Shown here one piece after another: positions 8,571 through 17,380 of a stretch of DNA of 51,303 nt (position 1 is its first letter; each line of letters begins with the position of its first letter). Under the pieces are notes generated by a model that was given only the letters and a program-made list of their open reading frames with translations, did not search any database and was not told where the DNA came from. Made by a program: the position numbers and the translations under genes. Source of the stretch: Gemmatimonadales bacterium (GTDB taxonomy: Bacteria > Gemmatimonadota > Gemmatimonadetes > Gemmatimonadales > GWC2-71-9); NCBI GenBank assembly GCA_035763205.1, contig DASUBP010000186.1, forward strand, positions 1 through 51,303, read 5' to 3'.

Positions 8571-10370
8571 ATGCGTCAGTCCCTGATCCGCAACTTCTGC
8601 ATCGTCGCCCACATCGACCACGGCAAGTCGACCCTGGCCGACCGGCTCATCGAGCACACGGGCACCCTCGACAAACGGCTCATGCGGGCGCAGGTGCTGG
8701 ACACGATGGACCTGGAGCGCGAGCGCGGCATCACCATCAAGCTCAACGCCGTCCGCATGAATTACCACGCCCAGGACGGCGAGATCTACGAGCTCAACCT
8801 CATCGACACCCCCGGACACGTCGACTTCACCTACGAGGTGTCCCGTTCCCTGGCCGCCTGCGAGGGCGCGATCCTCGTGGTCGACGCGTCCCAGGGCGTG
8901 CAGGCCCAGACACTCTCGAACCTGTTCCTCGCGCTCGACGCGGGGCTCGAGATCATCCCCGTCCTGAACAAGATCGACCTCCCCGGTGCCGAACCAGACC
9001 GCCGGGCCGCGGAGCTGCACGACCTGATCGGATCCCGCCCCGAGGAGATCCTCAGGATCTCGGCGAAGGAGGGTACGGGGGTTCCGGAGCTGCTCGAAGC
9101 CGTCGTCAAGCGCATCCCGGCTCCCAAGGGCGATCCGGCCGCTCCCCTGCGCGCGCTGATTTTCGATTCGTACTACGACCGTTTCCGCGGCGCGATTCCC
9201 AGCATTCGCGTCGTCGACGGCGTGCTGAAGGCGGGGATGCAGATCGTCTTCGGCGCGCACAAGGCCGATCACTATCAGGTGGACGAGGTCGGCAATCTCC
9301 AGCTGGGGCACAAGCCGGTGGAACAACTGGCGGCCGGCGAAGTCGGCTACGTGGTCGCGAACGTGCGTGGCGTGCAGGAAACGCGGCCGGGGGACACCAT
9401 CCTCGACGTCGAGCATTCCGACGTTCCCCTGCTCCCCGGGTACCGGGATATCCAGTCGATGGTGTTCGCGGGGCTCTATCCGACGAACGCCGAGCAGTAC
9501 GAGGATCTTCGGGACGCCCTGGAGAAGCTCCAGCTCAACGACGCTTCCCTCCATTATGAGCCCGAGTCTTCCGTCGCCCTCGGATTCGGATTCCGCTGCG
9601 GATTCCTGGGCCTCCTGCATATGGAGATCGTCCGCGAGCGGCTGGAACGGGAATTCAACCTCGATCTCATCTCGACGGTCCCGAACGTGGAGTACCACGT
9701 CTACAAGACCGACGGTGTGAAGGAGCTGGTCGAGAACCCGTCGCTCATGCCGCACGGATCGACGGTGGACCGCATCGAGGAGCCGTACGTCAAAGCCCGC
9801 GTCCTCGCCCCCTCCGAATACATCGGCGCCATGATGAAGCTCGGCCAGGAGCGCCGCGGCGTGTACCTCGGGATGCACTACGTGGATCCGACGCGGGTGG
9901 AGTTCAGCTGGGAGTTTCCGCTCGCCGAAATCATCCTCGACTTCTATGACAAGCTGAAGACGATCTCGCGCGGGTACGCGTCCCTCGACTATGAATTCCT
10001 GGCCTACCGCCGCTCGGAGCTCGTGAAGCTCGACATGCTCCTGAACGGAGACGCGGTCGACGCGTTCTCCGTGATCATCCATCAGGACAAGGCGTATGAG
10101 TGGGGCCGGAAGATCGCGGAGAAACTGAAGGAGCTGATCCCCCGGCAGCTGTTCGAGGTGGTGATTCAGGCCGCGATCGGCACGAAGGTGATCGCCCGGG
10201 AGTCGATCCGTCCCCTGCGGAAGAACGTGACCGCCAAGTGCTACGGCGGCGACGTCACGCGGAAGCGGAAGCTCCTCGAGAAACAGAAGGAAGGAAAGAA
10301 GCGGATGAAGCAGGTCGGCACGGTCGAGATTCCACAGGAAGCCTTCCTGGCGGTGCTGCAGGTTGACTAG
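8571..10370 (+). CDS. lepA: Elongation factor 4 (LepA)
   Basis: ORF 8211..10370 trimmed to ATG 8571 ([26 protein letters not shown]). GTPase motifs G1-G4 are present, plus the C-terminal LepA region ...[25 protein letters not shown]. Confidence 0.95.
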   Translation: MRQSLIRNFCIVAHIDHGKSTLADRLIEHTGTLDKRLMRAQVLDTMDLERERGITIKLNAVRMNYHAQDGEIYELNLIDTPGHVDFTYEVSRSLAACEGAILVVDASQGVQAQTLSNLFLALDAGLEIIPVLNKIDLPGAEPDRRAAELHDLIGSRPEEILRISAKEGTGVPELLEAVVKRIPAPKGDPAAPLRALIFDSYYDRFRGAIPSIRVVDGVLKAGMQIVFGAHKADHYQVDEVGNLQLGHKPVEQLAAGEVGYVVANVRGVQETRPGDTILDVEHSDVPLLPGYRDIQSMVFAGLYPTNAEQYEDLRDALEKLQLNDASLHYEPESSVALGFGFRCGFLGLLHMEIVRERLEREFNLDLISTVPNVEYHVYKTDGVKELVENPSLMPHGSTVDRIEEPYVKARVLAPSEYIGAMMKLGQERRGVYLGMHYVDPTRVEFSWEFPLAEIILDFYDKLKTISRGYASLDYEFLAYRRSELVKLDMLLNGDAVDAFSVIIHQDKAYEWGRKIAEKLKELIPRQLFEVVIQAAIGTKVIARESIRPLRKNVTAKCYGGDVTRKRKLLEKQKEGKKRMKQVGTVEIPQEAFLAVLQVD

Positions 10371-11373
10371 CGCCGTCGTGGTGCAGACGGCGTTTCTGGG
10401 AGACGTGGTGCTGACGACGCCCCTGCTCCGGACGCTCGCCGTCCGGCATGGCCCGGTGGACGTCGTCACCACGCCCGCGGCCGCTCCCCTCCTCGACACG
10501 CATCCCGCGGTCCGGCAGGTGATCCGGTACGACAAACGCGGTGCCGACCGCGGGTGGGGCGGTCTCACCGCCCTCGCGCGCCGCCTCAGGGAAGCGCACT
10601 ATGAAGTGGCCTATGTGCCCCACCGGTCCCTTCGCAGCGCGCTGCTGGCGCTGTGGGCCCGGGTGCCGCGGCGGGTGGGCTTCCGGGACGGCTGGCGGTC
10701 GCTGTATACGGAGAGCAGGGCGCGTCCGGCGGGCGGACACGAAGTGGACCGTCTGCTGGCGCTGGCGGGGGACCCCACGGCGATCCGCACGCCGAGCATC
10801 GGGCTGACACCGGCGGACCACGGGGCGGCGGCGGCCTTCGTGGAGGCCGAGGCGTTGGGGAGCGACGTGGTGGCGCTCGCCCCGGGATCCATTTGGGGCA
10901 CGAAGCGCTGGCCGCACTTCACTGCGCTCGCGGGTCGCCTGGCCGGGAGCCACGCCATCGCCGTCGTGGGAGGTCCCGGAGACGGCGAGCTCGCGGCCGC
11001 GATCGTGGATCACGTACGATCGGCCGGGGGACGGGCGGCGAGCGGGTGCGGCAAGCTGACGTTGCGGGAATCGGCGGCGCTCTTGGCCCGGTGCCGATTG
11101 CTCGTGACCAACGACAGTGCACCCTTGCATTTCGCGCAGGCCGTTGGGACGCCGACCGTCGCCGTCTTCGGTCCCACGCTGCCGGCGTTCGGCTTCGGTC
11201 CGTTGCATCCGGGGGACCGCGTCGCCGAAGTGACGGACCTGACGTGCCGCCCCTGCTCCAAGCACGGACCGGCCGCGTGTCCGCTGGGCCATCATCGTTG
11301 CCTGCGGGATCTTCCCGTCGAACGGGTGATCGCCGCAATCGAGGAGACTGGTGCGCTACGTCGTCGGGATTGA
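10363..11373 (+). CDS. Glycosyltransferase family 9 (LPS heptosyltransferase-like)
   Basis: N-terminus [21 protein letters not shown] and C-terminal [27 protein letters not shown] are typical of GT9. TTG start at 10363 overlaps the lepA stop; GTG at 10378 is an alternative start. Confidence 0.8.
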   Translation: MTSAVVVQTAFLGDVVLTTPLLRTLAVRHGPVDVVTTPAAAPLLDTHPAVRQVIRYDKRGADRGWGGLTALARRLREAHYEVAYVPHRSLRSALLALWARVPRRVGFRDGWRSLYTESRARPAGGHEVDRLLALAGDPTAIRTPSIGLTPADHGAAAAFVEAEALGSDVVALAPGSIWGTKRWPHFTALAGRLAGSHAIAVVGGPGDGELAAAIVDHVRSAGGRAASGCGKLTLRESAALLARCRLLVTNDSAPLHFAQAVGTPTVAVFGPTLPAFGFGPLHPGDRVAEVTDLTCRPCSKHGPAACPLGHHRCLRDLPVERVIAAIEETGALRRRD

Positions 11374-12319
11374 TATCGGGGGGACCAACCTGGTCGTCGG
11401 CACGATTGCCGAGGACGGGTCGGAGCTGCTCGGTGAGGTCACGGAGCCGACGCACTCCGAGGAGGGCGCCGACGCCGTCATCGCTCGCATCGGCCGTCTG
11501 GTCAAGCAGTCGACGGCCGCCGCCAAGGGCAAAGAGATCGTGGGCGTCGGCATCGGTTCCCCCGGTCCTCTCGACACTCACCGGGGCATCGTCCTGTTCA
11601 CTCCCAACCTCGGGTGGACGAACTTCCCGCTCCGGGATCGAGTCACCAAGGTCACCGGCCTGCCCGCGGAGCTGGACAACGACGCCAATTGCGCCATCTA
11701 CGGCGAGTGGTGGCGCGGAGCCGCGCGGGGCGCGAAGGCGGTGGTGGGGCTCACGATCGGAACCGGCATCGGCGGCGGGATCGTGCTCGACGGCAAGATC
11801 TACCACGGCGTGTCCGATGTGGCGGGAGAGATCGGCCACACGACCATCGACGCGAACGGCCGCCGCTGCAAGTGCGGGAACTACGGCTGCCTCGAGGCCT
11901 ACGCGTCGGGTCCCGCGATCGCCGCCCGCGCCGCCGAAGGCATCGAGTCAGGAATCGACACGAAGCTCGGCAAGTACGTGAACGGCGATCTGTCCCGGCT
12001 GACGGCGCAGACCGTATACCAGGCGGCGCACGACGGCGACCAGTACGCGCTCGACGTCGTGAACGACACCGCCAAGCTCCTGGGCGCCGGCGTCGCCAAC
12101 ATGATCAACATCTTCAACCCGGACGTGGTCGTGATCTGCGGCGGGGTGACCCTCGCCGGGGACCGGCTCTTCGACCCCCTCCGGCGCGAGGTGCACCGGC
12201 GCGCGTTCAAGGATGCCGTGAAGGCCTGCCGGATCGTTCCCGGCGAGCTCCCGGGCACCGCCGGCGTGTTCGGCGCCGCGGCCACCTTCATCGAGAAGCA
12301 CCGGGGCGGTCGCGCATGA
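11351..12319 (+). CDS. ROK-family sugar kinase (glucokinase-like)
   Basis: GTG start with GAGGAG SD 4 nt upstream. Contains IGIDIGGTN and the ROK zinc motif CKCGNYGCLEAYASG. Confidence 0.85.
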   Translation: MRYVVGIDIGGTNLVVGTIAEDGSELLGEVTEPTHSEEGADAVIARIGRLVKQSTAAAKGKEIVGVGIGSPGPLDTHRGIVLFTPNLGWTNFPLRDRVTKVTGLPAELDNDANCAIYGEWWRGAARGAKAVVGLTIGTGIGGGIVLDGKIYHGVSDVAGEIGHTTIDANGRRCKCGNYGCLEAYASGPAIAARAAEGIESGIDTKLGKYVNGDLSRLTAQTVYQAAHDGDQYALDVVNDTAKLLGAGVANMINIFNPDVVVICGGVTLAGDRLFDPLRREVHRRAFKDAVKACRIVPGELPGTAGVFGAAATFIEKHRGGRA

Positions 12320-13236
12320 AGCGCATCGGCGTCGTCGGCGCGTTGGTCTGGGACACGATCTACGGCCGCGACCCCGCCCAACCAGCGGTCGAGGAATGGG
12401 GGGGCATCGCGTACGCGCTGGCGGGTCTGGACGCGGCACTGGACGACGGCTGGGAGATCGTGCCCCTGATCAAGGTGGGACGGGACCTCGCCGAGCCGGC
12501 CGGGCGGTTCTTGCGAAGCCTGCGTCACGTCGCCCCCGGCGCCCGCTTCGTGCTGGTGCCGGAGGCCAACAACCGGGTGACCCTCCGGTACGAGACGAAA
12601 GAGCGCCGGTGCGAGCTGATGTCGGGCGGGGTGCCGGGATGGACGTGGGGTGAGCTGGGGCCGATGGTCGGTGATCTGGACGCCCTCTACGTCAACTTCA
12701 TCTCCGGGTTCGAAATGAGCCTCGAAACCGCCCGGATGCTGCGCCGGGGATTCTCGAAGTTCATCTACGCCGACCTCCACAGCCTGTTCCTGGCCAAGGA
12801 CGCGAACGGCCTCAGAACCTTGCAACCCCTCGTGGATGGACCCGGCTGGTTCGGATGCTTCGACGCGGTTCAGCTCAATGAGGAAGAGATGGGCCAGCTC
12901 GGTCCCGATCCCCTGGCGGTCGCGGCCGGCGCACTCGCCGCCGGCACCGGTGTGCTCTGCGTGACGCTCGGCCGCCGGGGCGCCGCGTATTTCACCGGCT
13001 CACCGGTGCGGACGGCGCGGGTCTCGAGCGGAGAGACGGGCGCGGCGCCATTCGAAGACGGCGATCCCACCGGGTGCGGCGACGTTTTCGGTGCGACCGC
13101 GGCCGCGGCGCTCGTCCAGGGTGCCGACGTCGAAGCGGCCTTGCAGCTCGCCGCGCGCCGGGCCGCCCGCAACGTCTCGTTCCGCGGGGCCACCGGACTG
13201 CGCGATCACCTGCTGGGAAAGCTGGCGGGCGTATGA
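12316..13236 (+). CDS. PfkB-family carbohydrate kinase
   Basis: ATG in an ATGA overlap with the ROK stop; the ORF-track entry 11614.. is an upstream read-through. C-terminal PfkB signature DPTGCGDVFGA. Confidence 0.75.
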   Translation: MKRIGVVGALVWDTIYGRDPAQPAVEEWGGIAYALAGLDAALDDGWEIVPLIKVGRDLAEPAGRFLRSLRHVAPGARFVLVPEANNRVTLRYETKERRCELMSGGVPGWTWGELGPMVGDLDALYVNFISGFEMSLETARMLRRGFSKFIYADLHSLFLAKDANGLRTLQPLVDGPGWFGCFDAVQLNEEEMGQLGPDPLAVAAGALAAGTGVLCVTLGRRGAAYFTGSPVRTARVSSGETGAAPFEDGDPTGCGDVFGATAAAALVQGADVEAALQLAARRAARNVSFRGATGLRDHLLGKLAGV

Positions 13237-14138
13237 CGCGTCTGGTGGACGTTCCCCAGCAGTTCGACGACCGCTCCTTCGAACAGTTCGCCTCGTCGTT
13301 TGCGCAGGGTGCGGCGGGCGGTGAGCGGCTGTTGTTCGACGCGCACGCCACCGAGTGGGCTTCACCCTACGGCTTCGTGGGACTGCTCGTGGCCGGTCAG
13401 GCCGTGCAGAGCGCGGGGCGCGAGCGTCCGCTCCTGACCATACCCGCCAATCCCCGGGTCTTGAGCTATTGGACCCGCGCCGGGTTCTTTCAGCAAGCCG
13501 CGACGCTGTTCGAGATTCACGGCAAGGTGCCGAAGCTGAAGACGTCGGAGGAGAGTGACCTGCTCCTTCCGGTCACCGCCGTGCGTGCGGCCGAGGACGT
13601 GCACCAGGTCGTCAGCCACATTCAGCAACGGGCCACCGCGATCCTCACGTCGCAATTGGGCATCGACCCCAAGGCGACCGTGGGATTTGCTATGGCGCTT
13701 TCGGAGGCGTGCCAGAATATTGTAGAACACGCGGGCACCGGCGGCTGGGTCGCGGTGCAGCGCTATGAATGGAAGCGGCGGCTGTCCAAGAAGGTCGTGG
13801 TCATCGCCGTGGGAGACGCCGGCGTCGGATTCCGGCACACGCTGGAGCCGACGCAAGCCAAGCGATTCGGAGACCGGTGGGGTGATGGGGCGGCGTTGGA
13901 AGCGGCGCTGATCCAGGGCACCAGCCGGTTCCGCGACCCCGGCCGCGGTCAGGGCCTGAAGGGGATCCGGAGCTACCTGAGTCGTTGGGACGGCAAAATC
14001 GCCATCCGGAGCGGCACCGCCCGTATCGCCATCGCGCCCTCGTGGGACGACGACGCGCCGCTCACCGAAGGCCTGAGCGCGTTTCCAGGCTCGCAAGTGC
14101 TGTTGATCATTCCTGAGCAGGGGACCGGCACATCGTGA
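13233..14138 (+). CDS. GHKL ATPase (RsbW/SpoIIAB-like serine-kinase fold) with STAS-like N-terminal region
   Basis: ATGA overlap with the PfkB stop. N-box EACQNIVEH, G1 VGDAGVGF, G2 GRGQGLKG. The N-terminal ~110 aa (LLFDAHATEWASPYGFVGLL...VLSYWTRAGFF) looks STAS-like. Confidence 0.6.
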   Translation: MTRLVDVPQQFDDRSFEQFASSFAQGAAGGERLLFDAHATEWASPYGFVGLLVAGQAVQSAGRERPLLTIPANPRVLSYWTRAGFFQQAATLFEIHGKVPKLKTSEESDLLLPVTAVRAAEDVHQVVSHIQQRATAILTSQLGIDPKATVGFAMALSEACQNIVEHAGTGGWVAVQRYEWKRRLSKKVVVIAVGDAGVGFRHTLEPTQAKRFGDRWGDGAALEAALIQGTSRFRDPGRGQGLKGIRSYLSRWDGKIAIRSGTARIAIAPSWDDDAPLTEGLSAFPGSQVLLIIPEQGTGTS

Positions 14139-14560
14139 TTGCTCCGATCGACGTACACGCCGTGTTGCAGGAATCCGTGCCCGGCCCCTACGCCGACCTG
14201 GTCACCCGCCACACCGGGCGGGCCGTGCGCGAGCGGATCGAGCGCGCCATCGCCGACGCCACCGTGGCGTCCATGGACTTCACCGGCGTCCGCTGCATCG
14301 ACTACTCCTGCGCCGACGAAATCGTCGCCAAGCTCCTCCGCACCGTGCAGATCCTCCTGCTCCAGGGCATCACCGAAGCGCACCGGCTCGCCATCGAGCC
14401 CGTGCTGCAGGGGCACGGCCTGGCGGTGGTGATCCAGACCGGGACGCTGCTTGAAGTGCTGGGCCCCCCCGACGCCGCCGAGGTGATATGCGAGCGGCTC
14501 CTCGAGAGCCGGCTGGCGGAGCGCACCGCTGGAGGCACCCTCGCGTTGACGGCCGCGTGA
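14135..14560 (+). CDS. STAS-like protein (DUF4325-type)
   Basis: GTGA overlap with the upstream stop. LVTRHTGRAVRERIE...MDFTGVRCIDYSCADEIVAKLL matches the DF-x-GV...S-x-ADE pattern that I associate with DUF4325. Confidence 0.55.
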   Translation: MIAPIDVHAVLQESVPGPYADLVTRHTGRAVRERIERAIADATVASMDFTGVRCIDYSCADEIVAKLLRTVQILLLQGITEAHRLAIEPVLQGHGLAVVIQTGTLLEVLGPPDAAEVICERLLESRLAERTAGGTLALTAA

Positions 14561-15714
14561 GCCGCCGCCGGCTGGGTCTTTCGACCTCCGCGATCCACGG
14601 CGCTCCCGAGCCGCGTCCCGACTGGTCGCCGGTGACCACCCCGATCTATCAGAGCAGCACCTTCACCAATCCGATCGGCTCGACCCAGGAAGTCCTGTAC
14701 ACGCGGTACGGCAACAACCCCAACCAGATCGCCATCGCCAAACGGCTCGCGCTGCTCGAAGGCGCCGAGGCGGCGATATTCGTCGGCTCCGGCATGGGAG
14801 CCGCCGCCCTCGCCCACCTGGCGATTCTCCGCCCCGGTGATCACCTGCTCTCCTCCGAGTGGATCTACGGCGGCGTGTACCGGCTCTTCACCCAGGAGTT
14901 CGGACGGCTCGGGATCGAAGTCTCCTTCGTCAACCCGGTCGAGTCCCGCTCCTGGAAGCGTGCGCTGAAGAAGAACACCCGCGCCGTCTTCGTGGAGACA
15001 CCGACCAATCCGGTCATGCGCGTCCTGGACATCGATTCGATCGGCACACTCTGCAAAGCCGAGGGGCTCGCCCTGCTGGTCGACTCGACCTTCGCCTCTC
15101 CCTACAACTTCCGTCCGCTCGAGCATGGCGCCGACGTGGTGATTCACAGCGCCACGAAGTACCTGAACGGGCACTCGGATGTGATCGCCGGCGCCATCGC
15201 CGGTACCGAGGCGGTGGTCGAGGAGGTGCGGAAGCTGATGTGGGTCTACGGACAGGCGCTCGACCCCATGGCGGCCTGGCTCATCGAGCGCGGTCTCAAG
15301 ACACTCTCGGTCCGGATGGAGCGGCACAACAGGAACGGACAGCAGGTCGCCGAGTGGTGCGCGAAGCACAAGGCGATCGCGGCGGTCCACTATCCCGGCC
15401 TGCCCACACACCCCGACCATCAGTCGGCCCAAGCCACGATGCAGGGGTTCGGCGGGATGCTGGGGATCGAGCTCAAGGGCGGCGTGCGCGCCGCCGAGCG
15501 CTTCCTGCGCGGCCTCACCATCGCGGCGCACGCGCCGTCCCTGGGTGGCGTCGAGACCCTGGTCTCGGAGCCGCGGCTCACGTCACACGCGTCCCTCACC
15601 GCGGACGAACGCGCCAAGGCCGGCATTCCGGACGGCTTCCTGCGCTTCTCCCTCGGCCTGGAGGACGCGGACGATCTGATCGGCGACTTCGCGCAGTCAC
15701 TGGCGCAACTGTAG
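14557..15714 (+). CDS. Cys/Met-metabolism PLP-dependent enzyme (cystathionine gamma-synthase/beta-lyase family)
   Basis: GTG in a GTGA overlap with the upstream stop. PLP-lysine motif SATKYLNGHSDVIAG. N-terminal STSAIHG...TPIYQSSTF. Confidence 0.85.
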   Translation: MSRRRLGLSTSAIHGAPEPRPDWSPVTTPIYQSSTFTNPIGSTQEVLYTRYGNNPNQIAIAKRLALLEGAEAAIFVGSGMGAAALAHLAILRPGDHLLSSEWIYGGVYRLFTQEFGRLGIEVSFVNPVESRSWKRALKKNTRAVFVETPTNPVMRVLDIDSIGTLCKAEGLALLVDSTFASPYNFRPLEHGADVVIHSATKYLNGHSDVIAGAIAGTEAVVEEVRKLMWVYGQALDPMAAWLIERGLKTLSVRMERHNRNGQQVAEWCAKHKAIAAVHYPGLPTHPDHQSAQATMQGFGGMLGIELKGGVRAAERFLRGLTIAAHAPSLGGVETLVSEPRLTSHASLTADERAKAGIPDGFLRFSLGLEDADDLIGDFAQSLAQL

Positions 15715-16415
15715 TGATCAAGTTCACGAACGTCTTCAAGGCCTACCCCAAGGGCGGGCTCGCGCTCAAGGACGCGACGTTCCACGTCGCCAAGGGTGAG
15801 TTCGCGTTCCTCACGGGTCACTCCGGCGCCGGCAAGTCCACCATCCTCAAGCTCATCTACGCGGAGGAGCGCGCCACCGAGGGCGAAGTCCGCGTGTCGG
15901 GCTTCAACCTCGCCGATCTGCCTCCCCGCCAGGTCCCCTACCTGCGGCGCCGCCTGGGAATCGTGTTCCAGGATTTCCGGCTCCTCGAGGACCGCACCGC
16001 GGAAGAGAACGTCGGATTCGCCCTGCAAGTCACCGGCGCGAGACGGGCGGGGATCGAGGCCCGGGTGATGCGCGTGCTCACGCAGGTGGGCCTCGCGGCC
16101 AAGGCCACGGCGTATCCGAGGGAGCTCTCGGGCGGCGAGCAGCAGCGCGTCGCGATCGCCCGGGCCCTCGTGAACGAACCCACGGTCCTCCTCGCCGACG
16201 AGCCGACCGGAAACCTCGACGAGCGCGCCACCCGCGGCGTGTTTCAGCTGCTGCGCGACATCAATGCGTCGGGGACGGCCGTCGTGATGGCGACGCACGA
16301 CCTGGATCTGGTGCGGCAGGCGCCGTATCGGGTCATCGAGCTCCAGGACGGCGCCCTGGTATACGACTCGGCCGTGGATGAACCCCGCGGTGAGCAGTCG
16401 GGAGGGGCGCCATGA
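15714..16415 (+). CDS. ftsE: Cell-division ABC ATPase FtsE
   Basis: GTG overlaps the preceding TAG by 1 nt. Walker A GHSGAGKST, signature LSGGEQQRVAIARA, Walker B LLADEPTGNLD. Followed by ftsX. Confidence 0.9.
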   Translation: MIKFTNVFKAYPKGGLALKDATFHVAKGEFAFLTGHSGAGKSTILKLIYAEERATEGEVRVSGFNLADLPPRQVPYLRRRLGIVFQDFRLLEDRTAEENVGFALQVTGARRAGIEARVMRVLTQVGLAAKATAYPRELSGGEQQRVAIARALVNEPTVLLADEPTGNLDERATRGVFQLLRDINASGTAVVMATHDLDLVRQAPYRVIELQDGALVYDSAVDEPRGEQSGGAP

Positions 16416-17272
16416 ACTTCGTGATGCGGGAAGCGATGCTCACGTTCCGCCGGGCACCGTTGCTCTCGGCCCTGTCGGTTACGACCATCGCCTTTTCGCT
16501 CTTCGTCGTCGGCCTCTTCGCTCTCGTCGCGGTGAACGTGCAACGGGCGCTGAGCCAGGTGGCTGAACGCGCCGAGGTGGTGGCGTATCTGCTGCCGGGA
16601 ACGCCGATCGAGACCATCACCCACGCGCTCAAGGACATCGAGGCCTTCCCCGAGGTGACGAACGCCTCGTACGTCTCCGAGGATTCCGCGCTCGCCCGGG
16701 CCCGCCGCGAGCTGGTCGAGCTCCAGGGTCCCCTGCGGGAGCTCGAACGGAACCCGCTCCCCGCGTCCATCGAAGTGACCTTGAAGCCCGGGGACCGCGA
16801 TGCCGACCATGTCGGTGCCGTTGCGGACCGGATCCGGGACTTTGCCTTCGTCGATGACGTCCGGTACGGGCGGGATTGGATCGAGAAGCTCGACAAGCTG
16901 CGGTCGGTGCTGGCCGCGGTAGGCCTCGCCGTGGGGATCGCGTTCGCGGCGGTGGCCGTCATCATCATCGGCGCGACGATCCGGATGACCGTCCTCCAAC
17001 GGGGCCGGGAGATCTCCATCATGCGCCTCGTGGGTGCGACGGACTGGTTCGTCCGCTTCCCCTTCCTTCTTCAGGGGCTCATCAAGGGGGCGGCCGGCGG
17101 CCTCCTGGCCGTGGGCCTGTCCTACGCGGCTTACCTCCTCAGCAACCGGTGGCTGATGATGCGGACGGAGTTCTTCAATCCGGAGCAGGCCGCGGCGATC
17201 GTGGCGGGAGGGATGGTCATCGGGCTGTTCGGCAGCTGGATATCGGTAGGAAGGCAGCTACGGAAAGTCTGA
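16412..17272 (+). CDS. ftsX: Cell-division permease-like protein FtsX
   Basis: ATGA overlap with the ftsE stop. One N-terminal TM, a periplasmic loop, then three C-terminal TMs (ISIMRLVGATDWFVRFPFLLQG). Confidence 0.88.
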   Translation: MNFVMREAMLTFRRAPLLSALSVTTIAFSLFVVGLFALVAVNVQRALSQVAERAEVVAYLLPGTPIETITHALKDIEAFPEVTNASYVSEDSALARARRELVELQGPLRELERNPLPASIEVTLKPGDRDADHVGAVADRIRDFAFVDDVRYGRDWIEKLDKLRSVLAAVGLAVGIAFAAVAVIIIGATIRMTVLQRGREISIMRLVGATDWFVRFPFLLQGLIKGAAGGLLAVGLSYAAYLLSNRWLMMRTEFFNPEQAAAIVAGGMVIGLFGSWISVGRQLRKV

Positions 17273-17283
17273 GAAGCGAAAGA

Positions 17284-17380
17284 CGTCAAGCAAAGACGTC
17301 GAGCGAAGGCGTCAAGCAAGGACGTGCGCCTCTCAGTTACGCCTCTGCTCGACGCACTTGCTTGACGCTTCTGCTCGACG
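17284..17380. repeat. Second copy of the 13-nt-unit palindromic element
   Basis: CGTCAAG 17284, CGTCGAG 17297, CGTCAAG 17310, degenerate CGTGCGC 17323. Mirrored by CTCGACG 17348, CTTGACG 17361, CTCGACG 17374. The centre contains GCCTCTC twice. Confidence 0.8.
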
